In this document: positions 25,426 to 32,000 of the stretch, piece by piece
Position numbering within the stretch: the first letter of the stretch is position 1
How the letters are laid out: each line of letters opens with the position of its first letter
Source of the DNA: Pirellula staleyi DSM 6068
Lineage (GTDB): Bacteria > Planctomycetota > Planctomycetia > Pirellulales > Pirellulaceae
Direction: 5' to 3'
Assembly (NCBI GenBank): GCA_000025185.1
Contig: CP001848.1
Location: 960,001-992,000 of the forward strand
Length of the DNA: 32,000 nucleotides
Position numbers and translations under genes: made by a program
Notes under the pieces: generated by a model
The model's database searches: none
Told to the model about the DNA's origin: nothing
What the model saw: only the letters and a program-made list of their open reading frames with translations

Positions 25426-27369
25426 ATGTCCACAACGATTGAATCGGCCGCGGTTTCGCGGAAAAGTGTACAGAGTATTCCATCAGCCACCGTACGTTTT
25501 GCGGGGGACTCGGGCGACGGTATGCAGATCACGGGTGACCAACTCACCCGCACCGCCGCATTGATGGGGAGCGACGTTGCCACGTTCCCCGACTATCCGG
25601 CTGAAATCCGTGCCCCGCGTGGCACGCTCGCTGGCGTGTCGGGTTTCCAAGTCCACTTTGCTAGCGAAGACATTTTCACCCCCGGCGATCAACTCGACGC
25701 CCTGGTGGTGATGAACCCTGCTGCTCTCAAGACGAACCTGGGGGACCTCCGCAAAGGTGGCATCCTGATCGTCAACACCGACAACTTCCAGAAGTCGGAT
25801 CTCGAACTCGCCAAGTACGAGACCAACCCGCTCGATAGCGAAGTGCTCGAGCACACCTATCAGCTGTTCAAAGTGCAGATGTCCAAGATCACCCGCGATG
25901 CCCTCAAAGACATGGGGATGGGCACGAAGGAAATGGACCGCTGCAAGAACTTCTTCGCACTCGGTCTGGTGTACTGGCTCTACGGCCGCGAACTCGAACC
26001 AACGATCCGCTTCCTCGACGAAAAGTTCGGTGGCAAGCCCGAGATCGCCGAGAGCAACCGCCGCGCCCTGAAGGCTGGCTGGAACTACGGCGAAACGACC
26101 GACGCCTTTGCCAGCAGCTACAAAGTGGAAGCGGCCAAGCTTCCTCCGGGCACCTACAAAAACGTGATGGGGAACCAGGCGATGGCCTGGGGTCTGATGG
26201 CTGCCGCCCATCTGAGCGGCAAGGAGCTGTTCCTCGGTTCCTACCCAATCACCCCCGCCACCGACATTCTGCACGAACTGTCGAAGTACAAAAACTACGG
26301 CGTGAAGACGTTCCAGGCGGAAGATGAAATCGCCGCCATGGGTTCGGCAATCGGCGCCAGCTACGGCGGCTCGATGGGAATCACCACCAGCAGCGGTCCG
26401 GGCATCGCGCTCAAGACCGAAGGGATCGGCCTGGCGATCATGCTCGAGCTCCCTGTGCTCGTGATCAACATTCAGCGCGGTGGTCCGAGCACCGGCCTGC
26501 CGACGAAAACCGAGCAAGCCGACTTGTTCCAAGCGGTTCTCGGCCGTAACGGCGAAGCCCCTTTGCCGGTCATCGCTGCCCGCAGCCCGAGCGACTGCTT
26601 CAACGTCGCGCAGGAAGCTTGGCGCATTGCCACCCGCTTCATGACCCCAGTCATGATTTTGTCGGACGGCTATATCGCCAACGGTAGCGAGCCATGGCTC
26701 ATTCCCGACGTTAACACGCTCCCCAAAATTCCTGTGACCCACGCTCCACCTTCGGACGGAACCACCAAGTTCCTGCCGTACAAGCGCGATGAATTGCTCG
26801 CTCGTCCGTGGGCCATTCCAGGCACCAAGGGTCTGATGCACCGCATCGGTGGTCTCGAAAAGCAAGACACCACCGGTAACGTGAACTACGAACCGGAAAA
26901 TCACCAGCACATGGTGAACACCCGCGCCAAGAAGGTCGAGAACGTGGCTCTCGAAATTCCGCAGCTGGAAGTCGAAGGTCCTGATAAGGGGGACCTGCTC
27001 GTGCTGAGCTGGGGTGGCACTTATGGTGCTTGCCGCACTGCCGTGGAAGCTTGCCTCGAAGAAGGTCTGAAGGTGGCCCACGCCCATCTGACCTGGATGA
27101 ACCCCTTCCCGAGCAACCTCGAACAAGTGCTTCGGAGCTACAAGAAGGTGCTGATCCCCGAGCTCAACCTTGGCCAGCTCCGCACCATCGTTCGGGCCAA
27201 GTTCCTGATCGACGCACAAGGCTTCAACAAGGTGCAAGGTCGTCCGTTCACGGTGGCCGAACTCACCACCGCGATTCGCAGCCACCTGGGTGTCGCCGAC
27301 GCCAAAGTGGCTCCCGGAACAGCTGCCACCGCCGCGCTCGTCGGAGCGGGTGGAGACGACGCTGGCTAA
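25426..27369 (+). CDS. korA: 2-oxoacid:ferredoxin oxidoreductase, alpha subunit (fused gamma-alpha type; 2-oxoglutarate-type KorA)
   Basis: The track start is TTG 25378; ATG 25426 gives MSTTIESAAV... The N-terminal gamma-like module is RFAGDSGDGMQITG...FPDYPAEIRAP. The alpha core is GNQAMAWG...GSYPITPATDIL......QAEDEIAAMGSAIGASYGG. Substrate specificity cannot be read from the sequence. Confidence 0.88.
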   Translation: MSTTIESAAVSRKSVQSIPSATVRFAGDSGDGMQITGDQLTRTAALMGSDVATFPDYPAEIRAPRGTLAGVSGFQVHFASEDIFTPGDQLDALVVMNPAALKTNLGDLRKGGILIVNTDNFQKSDLELAKYETNPLDSEVLEHTYQLFKVQMSKITRDALKDMGMGTKEMDRCKNFFALGLVYWLYGRELEPTIRFLDEKFGGKPEIAESNRRALKAGWNYGETTDAFASSYKVEAAKLPPGTYKNVMGNQAMAWGLMAAAHLSGKELFLGSYPITPATDILHELSKYKNYGVKTFQAEDEIAAMGSAIGASYGGSMGITTSSGPGIALKTEGIGLAIMLELPVLVINIQRGGPSTGLPTKTEQADLFQAVLGRNGEAPLPVIAARSPSDCFNVAQEAWRIATRFMTPVMILSDGYIANGSEPWLIPDVNTLPKIPVTHAPPSDGTTKFLPYKRDELLARPWAIPGTKGLMHRIGGLEKQDTTGNVNYEPENHQHMVNTRAKKVENVALEIPQLEVEGPDKGDLLVLSWGGTYGACRTAVEACLEEGLKVAHAHLTWMNPFPSNLEQVLRSYKKVLIPELNLGQLRTIVRAKFLIDAQGFNKVQGRPFTVAELTTAIRSHLGVADAKVAPGTAATAALVGAGGDDAG

Positions 27370-27494
27370 TCGCAACTGGCCAGCTGGCGAACTTCAGCTG
27401 CCGAACTTCAGCCGCCGATGGCACGCCCCTCGGTGGCCCAAGTTCTCAAAACCTACAAAACAATTCCTGAATCACTTTTGCCGAGATATTTACG

Positions 27495-28511
27495 ATGTCT
27501 ACCGAACTTCCGACCCTGACAGCCGCTGATTTTGCGAGCGATCAGGATATCCGTTGGTGCCCTGGCTGCGGCGACTATTCGATCCTCGCCCAGATGAAAA
27601 AAGTGATGCCGCAAATCGGCATCGCTCGCGAAAACACCGTGTTCATTTCGGGCATCGGCTGCAGCAGCCGCTTTCCCTACTACATGAACACCTACGGCAT
27701 GCACTCGATCCACGGTCGTGCTCCCACGATCGCCACGGGTCTGAAGTGCGCTCGCCCCGATTTGTCGGTGTGGGTCATCACTGGCGACGGCGATGCCCTG
27801 TCGATCGGTGGCAATCACTTCATGCACCTGATCCGCCGCAACGTCGACCTCAAGATCGTGCTGTTCAACAACCGCATCTATGGTCTCACGAAGGGTCAGT
27901 ACAGCCCCACCTCGCCGCTCGGGAAGATCACCAAGAGCACCCCTTACGGCGCGATCGACAACCCGCTCAACCCACTGTCGGTAGCGATCGGCTGCGAAGC
28001 GACCTTCGTCGCTCGCTCGATCGACGTGCACATCAAGCACCTCGGCGAAGTGCTGAAGAAGGCTGCTGAACACAAGGGAACGGCGTTCGTCGAGATCTAC
28101 CAGAACTGCAACGTGTTCAACGACGGTGCCTGGGACTACGCGACCGACAAGACTTCGAAGTTCGACACCACGCTCGAACTTGAGCATGGCAAGCCGCTGA
28201 TCTTTGGTAAGAACAAAGACAAGGGTATTCGCCTCAACGGCACCGAGCCAGAAGTGGTGGAACTGGGTAAAGGAATCAGCGAAGACGATCTGCTGTTCCA
28301 CGACGAAAAGACCCCTGAAGCCACGCTGGCCTACCTGCTCAGCCGGATGCGTCACCCCGAGTTCCCTGAACCGATCGGCGTGTTCCGCTCGGTTCCAGCT
28401 CCGGTGTACGACGTCGAACTCAATCGCCAAATCGATCAAGCGAAAGAGAAGCGTGGTCCTGGCGACCTCAACGCCCTGTTCCAATCGGGCGAAACCTGGA
28501 CCGTGAGCTAA
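27495..28511 (+). CDS. korB: 2-oxoacid:ferredoxin oxidoreductase, beta subunit (TPP-binding)
   Basis: 338 aa. Motifs WCPGCGDYSIL, SGIGCSSRFPYY, HGRAPTIATG and the TPP motif ITGDGDALSIGGNH...NNRIYGLTKGQ. Confidence 0.9.
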   Translation: MSTELPTLTAADFASDQDIRWCPGCGDYSILAQMKKVMPQIGIARENTVFISGIGCSSRFPYYMNTYGMHSIHGRAPTIATGLKCARPDLSVWVITGDGDALSIGGNHFMHLIRRNVDLKIVLFNNRIYGLTKGQYSPTSPLGKITKSTPYGAIDNPLNPLSVAIGCEATFVARSIDVHIKHLGEVLKKAAEHKGTAFVEIYQNCNVFNDGAWDYATDKTSKFDTTLELEHGKPLIFGKNKDKGIRLNGTEPEVVELGKGISEDDLLFHDEKTPEATLAYLLSRMRHPEFPEPIGVFRSVPAPVYDVELNRQIDQAKEKRGPGDLNALFQSGETWTVS

Positions 28512-28555
28512 CTCGGCCACCGCTCGAGCAGCCGCTCGAACCTGCAATCCACCTT

Positions 28556-28597
28556 AAGGCCTGCTGAGCCCCGCGCTCCGCAGGCCTTTTTCGTTTT
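28556..28597 (+). terminator. Rho-independent terminator of the kor operon
   Basis: 9-bp stem AAGGCCTGC (28556-28564) / GCAGGCCTT (28580-28588) with a 15-nt loop, followed by TTTTTCGTTTT. Confidence 0.85.
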
Positions 28598-28771
28598 CTG
28601 GCGGAACCCGCAACCAGTCACCCCACAAGCAGTTTTGTACGCGGCGCGTCTGCTGCTGAAACCCGCATCGCTGCGACTCGACTGGGGTGGCCATGGCTTT
28701 GCGCTTGCCTCGGTTCACGATTCCAGCGATAACCGTGGGAGCCACCACCACCCCTCTCGGGAGTTAAGCTC

Positions 28772-29293
28772 ATGCCGATGTGTCCTCTCTGCGACGCTGA
28801 TGTGATCGAAGGAGCAGACCACTGCGACAGCTGCGGCAACTCGCTCACCGATTCGCACCTCCCTGCTCCGGCGACAGCAGTCGAGCTAGCGCTCTTAACC
28901 GAACGTGTGGCGCAGTTCCAGGATCGCTGGCCGCTGGTGATTCGCCCCTCGATGCAGGTCCGCGAGGTGCTGCGGCTGCTGGTCGACAACCACATCGGCT
29001 GCGTGGTGGTTGTCGAGCATGACCAGGTGGTGGGAATCTTCACCGAGCGCGATGCGCTCATGAAAATCGGCAGCCGGATCAAAGAGCTGGGAGATCACCC
29101 GGTGCGCGAATTTATGACCACCAACGTGCAGTCGCTTCCGGCGACCGCCAAGATTGCGTTTGCGGTGCATCGGATGTCGATTGGGGGCTACCGTCACGTG
29201 CCGATTGTCAACAAGTCGAACCAGCCGACCGGCATCTTCAGCGTGCGCGATATCCTCGAGTACCTCAACACACTCGTACAAAAACCGCTTTAG
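28772..29293 (+). CDS. Zinc-ribbon + CBS-pair domain protein (CBS2)
   Basis: N-terminal CPLC-x11-CDSC zinc ribbon, then two CBS motifs (VVVEHDQVVGIFTERDALMKI ... GGYRHVPIVNKSNQPTGIFSVRDILEYL). ATG start. Confidence 0.85.
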   Translation: MPMCPLCDADVIEGADHCDSCGNSLTDSHLPAPATAVELALLTERVAQFQDRWPLVIRPSMQVREVLRLLVDNHIGCVVVVEHDQVVGIFTERDALMKIGSRIKELGDHPVREFMTTNVQSLPATAKIAFAVHRMSIGGYRHVPIVNKSNQPTGIFSVRDILEYLNTLVQKPL

Positions 29294-29384
29294 CGCAGCA
29301 GAGACTTGGGGCCTACGAGGCAAGCATTCTGGTAGAGCGCGATTAGTCCGTCTTTCGATTATTGTCATGCTCATTCGCACCTCT

Positions 29385-29432
29385 CACTGCTGGACAAGCC
29401 AGCAGTGCCACCCCCATGAACATGAAATGGAT
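29385..29432. repeat. Structured intergenic repeat, copy C (partial: hairpin + 3' flank)
   Basis: Hairpin CACTGCTGG-acaag-CCAGCAGTG. The following GCCACCCCCATGAACATGAAATGGAT aligns with copy A GCACCCCATCAACCTGACATGGAT (380-403), with 21 of 24 matched and two 1-nt gaps. It ends 2 nt from the SDR stop codon. Confidence 0.55.
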
Positions 29433-29434
29433 CG

Positions 29435-30325
29435 CTAGAGCGAGCGCTGGCCAGGAAGCTCTGGCAAATAGCTGCGGGTGAGCGACATCAGCTGGTCTAC
29501 GGTGCTGGGATCTTGTGCCCAGCGTCGCGCAGCAAGAGGTCGGCACCCGTGGTCGACAAGCATCCCCGATGCCGCTTGAAACGCATCGTCGAGCGCGAGT
29601 CGCACATACGAAGCGGCCATCTTCTCGGGGGTGATGGCGAATTGGCTCTTCCAAAAATAGAGCCACCGCTCGATCGCCGAGAGCTGTGGGTAGCGCGCCA
29701 AATCGATCTTCACGTTCGTGACCCGGATGCAGAGGGCCCGCTTGTTGGTGCCGCGATAGTTCTCGGCGAGCCACCGCGTATAAACTTCCTGCGCCAATTT
29801 TGACTGGTAGTAAGCCTTGTCGACCCGAAAGCCACCTTGGCGGAACTCGGGATCGGTAAAATTCACTTTCAGCCAGGGATGCAGCATCAGTCCCTGAGAC
29901 GAAACCATGATGACGCGAGCCGCTCGGCTGCGCGAAAGTTCGGGATCGAGCAGATGTGTCAGCAGCACGGGTCCGAGATGATTCGTGGCCCAAATTTTTT
30001 CTATGCCGTCGGGTGAAACGGCGGGGCTTCGCTGACCGAGATCAAACTCCGCTGCGTTATGAATCAGCAGATCGAGCTTTGCGAAGCCAGCCGCTCGAAA
30101 AGCAGCGCACCCTTCGCGAATCGATTGCTGCGAGGCAAGATCCATGACGATCATAGAGACGTCAGCTTGCGGCACTTCACGGCGGATGGTTGCCAGCGCT
30201 GCACCGCCGCGCTCGGCACTGCGACAAGCAATCACAACACGCACACCCACTGCTGCGAGCGCCATGGCCGCCGCGCGACCGATGCCAGCATTGCCTCCGG
30301 TGATGAGCCCGACTCGACGCTCCAT
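29435..30325 (-). CDS. SDR-family oxidoreductase
   Basis: 296 aa. Rossmann motif ITGGNAGIGRAAA, NAA, and catalytic YxxxK (YYQSK). Confidence 0.88.
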   Translation of the reverse strand: MERRVGLITGGNAGIGRAAAMALAAVGVRVVIACRSAERGGAALATIRREVPQADVSMIVMDLASQQSIREGCAAFRAAGFAKLDLLIHNAAEFDLGQRSPAVSPDGIEKIWATNHLGPVLLTHLLDPELSRSRAARVIMVSSQGLMLHPWLKVNFTDPEFRQGGFRVDKAYYQSKLAQEVYTRWLAENYRGTNKRALCIRVTNVKIDLARYPQLSAIERWLYFWKSQFAITPEKMAASYVRLALDDAFQAASGMLVDHGCRPLAARRWAQDPSTVDQLMSLTRSYLPELPGQRSL

Positions 30326-30363
30326 CTGCGCTCACCTTCAACCTGTGCATACCCTCACTCGTT

Positions 30364-31317
30364 TCACGTCGCTCCCTTGCTATCGTACTGGGCTGCCAGC
30401 AGTTTGTGGAGTTGATCGGCCGCTGCGCGAATCTGGCTGCAAGCCTCGAGCCGGGCGAGCGACGTTTCGGGGAGGGCTGCTGCGCCACGAGCTGCCCCCC
30501 AGAGGCTCCCTGCGATGGCGCCGATGGTGTCGACATCTCCTCCCACCGCAATCGCCTGCTGCTGCATGTCGAGAAACGGCCGCTCGCGATAGGCGAGGGC
30601 CAGATAGAGCGCCGTGATGCACGACTCGGCGGCTGTCACACGGTTGCCCAAAGCGCTGCGGATTTCCGGGGCAGATGGCACAGCGCCGCGCTCGAGCCAC
30701 TGCTGAGCAATCTCGAGCCGCGCGCGAAACGGAGCGAGCTGAACTTGCTCGCGCAGCGCAGCGAGGATTGCTTCGTTCGAAGCTCCGAGCGCGACACGAC
30801 TTGCAGCGAGGGCCACGACCAGGCTCCCTTCCAGCGCCAACGGATGAGCGTGGGTGATCTCGGCCACTTGATGCACGCGCGCGGTGAACTCCGTCGGCTG
30901 ATGTGCTGCGTAGAAGCCGACGACAGCCGACCGCATCGCAGCGCCGTTGCCATACGAACCGTTGGCAAAAATCGCTCGATTGGCCGAGCGCCATGGCTGG
31001 CCGCGACGAATGCGCCGCAGTAATCGGGCTGCCCCTGCACCATAGCCTCGCGACCAACGATAGCTCGCAGCAAAGCGCCGCGCGAGGTCGTCTTGATCGA
31101 TCTGGCCCTGCGCGATGAGCGACTCCGTTACATCGAGGGTCATTTGCGTGTCGTCGGTCCAGCGCATCTCGCCATGCGATGTTCGGCCGATCATCCGCCA
31201 CAACAGGCGCTCGATCGGTCCCCCTTCATACGGCGCGCCCAGCGCATCGCCGAGCGCTAGTCCGAGCAAACAGCCCGCCACCCGGTCGCGGTCGATCACG
31301 GCAGTTCTGCTATGCAT
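30364..31317 (-). CDS. ADP-ribosylglycohydrolase family protein (DraG/ARH-like)
   Basis: Motifs GCLLGLALGDALGAPYEG, WTDDTQM and GGDVDTIGAIAGSLWGAARG. The track start is GTG 31386. ATG 31315-31317 lies 10 nt after the upstream gene's stop and is preferred. Confidence 0.85.
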   Translation of the reverse strand: MHSRTAVIDRDRVAGCLLGLALGDALGAPYEGGPIERLLWRMIGRTSHGEMRWTDDTQMTLDVTESLIAQGQIDQDDLARRFAASYRWSRGYGAGAARLLRRIRRGQPWRSANRAIFANGSYGNGAAMRSAVVGFYAAHQPTEFTARVHQVAEITHAHPLALEGSLVVALAASRVALGASNEAILAALREQVQLAPFRARLEIAQQWLERGAVPSAPEIRSALGNRVTAAESCITALYLALAYRERPFLDMQQQAIAVGGDVDTIGAIAGSLWGAARGAAALPETSLARLEACSQIRAAADQLHKLLAAQYDSKGAT

Positions 31318-31327
31318 TTTTGGAGCA

Positions 31328-31756
31328 TCAGTTGGCTGCTGCGCGAGGCGGTTCGCCAGGAGTGTTGGTGGAGCGGAGCGGGCCACCCATCAAAAATTGC
31401 GCTGCAGCGGCGTCGAAATCGGCTTTTTTGGCGGCTCGCGCGGCGCGCTCTTCGGGGGTCATGTTCTCCTCTTCTTCCTCGGTCGGACGTCCCAGCTCGC
31501 GCGCCAGGCGATCGCGCAGCTCACGTTCGTTGGCCAGCTGCGGACCGCCGAAAAACAGATCGCGTGGAGTAAAGCCAAACAGCAGCAGCATGCCGATCGA
31601 CATGAGCCCCAAACTGACCACCCCCGTGGCGACCGAAAACAGCATCAGCGCGGCACCGACGCAAACGGTCAACGACATGCCGCCGAGCACCATCCAGACG
31701 GAAGCCTTCCGCGACTTCGGCCGCACCGGTGGAGAGGTGTAAGGATTGGTATCCAT
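31328..31756 (-). CDS. Hypothetical membrane protein (2 TM helices + acidic/Ala-rich C-terminal tail)
   Basis: 142 aa with an ATG start. Hydrophobic segments VWMVLGGMSLTVCVGAALMLF and GVVSLGLMSIGMLLLFGF, then an EEEEE-containing tail. GC3-rich codons. Confidence 0.6.
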   Translation of the reverse strand: MDTNPYTSPPVRPKSRKASVWMVLGGMSLTVCVGAALMLFSVATGVVSLGLMSIGMLLLFGFTPRDLFFGGPQLANERELRDRLARELGRPTEEEEENMTPEERAARAAKKADFDAAAAQFLMGGPLRSTNTPGEPPRAAAN

Positions 31757-31825
31757 GCGAAAGATTCCGAGGCTGAAGAAGCAAATGATAAGCGCTACGC
31801 GTAAACTTGAGACTCGTATGGCGCG

Positions 31826-32000
31826 CTACATCGCCAGCAGCACCGAGACGGCGCTCACCATCACAGCGACCAGTAGGATTCCAGCGACTAGCACGGTGTG
31901 GGACCAGAACGAGCTACGAATGTGAGAACTAATCACGAGAATCGAGGCTCCCACGGCACCAGCCGCTCCCATGAAGAAGAACCCCTCCAGCAAGCTCAAG
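31826..32000 (-). CDS. 3' end of a membrane-protein gene (truncated by the window end)
   Basis: An open minus-strand frame to the window edge, ending ...FWSHTVLVAGILLVAVMVSAVSVLLAM, with a TAG stop (31826-31828). Hydrophobic with GC3-rich codons. It is not in the ORF track because no start lies in the window. Confidence 0.4.
   Translation of the reverse strand, partial: LSLLEGFFFMGAAGAVGASILVISSHIRSSFWSHTVLVAGILLVAVMVSAVSVLLAM

Noticed and set aside
25483-28547. 630-aa and 364-aa minus-strand ORFs antisense to korA and korB
   Set aside because: Same reasoning. The kor frames have TPP and subunit motifs, and the antisense products are low-complexity (G/R/H/V/A-rich).

Overview
This is a GC-rich bacterial chromosomal segment with strong GC3 bias. 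The gene content suggests a Planctomycetota (Pirellulales-like) genome: two DUF1559 'H-X9-DG' pseudopilin-like proteins, a Tat-signal DUF1501 protein, a PQQ-like beta-propeller lipoprotein and long intergenic spacers. The taxon is an inference. I call 28 protein-coding genes, 2 of them truncated by the window edges. They include class II fumarase (fumC) and a two-subunit 2-oxoacid:ferredoxin oxidoreductase (korAB). There is a sugar-acid-like module (MOFRL glycerate 2-kinase, MFS transporter, HpcH-family aldolase) and a same-strand string of amidohydrolase, BaiN-like flavoprotein and cytochrome P450. Small proteins include a PhnB-like VOC protein, a tandem-YCII protein and a CPXCG zinc ribbon. 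An apparent operon encodes a membrane protein, an ADP-ribosylglycohydrolase and an SDR. I recognised no rRNA, tRNA, CRISPR array, transposase, integrase or classical defence gene. The most interesting points are these. (1) Two paralogous cassettes pair a DUF1559 pseudopilin-like protein with a small lipoprotein, in different gene orders, and share an upstream AT-rich motif. (2) A native-codon, K/E-rich, all-helical 435-aa orphan protein sits next to an ~890-bp gene-free region that carries a perfect TGTGA-N6-TCACA palindrome. (3) Two paralogous CBS-pair proteins, one with a zinc ribbon, bracket korAB, and a perfect 19-bp palindrome lies upstream of korA. (4) A structured ~110-bp intergenic repeat family (two full copies, one partial) lies just 3' of minus-strand genes. 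(5) An intrinsic terminator has a 3' arm that contains the Shine-Dalgarno sequence of the next gene. All functional calls come from reading motifs by eye; no database search was run. The ORF track shows TTG/GTG starts as M, so several starts were re-evaluated.
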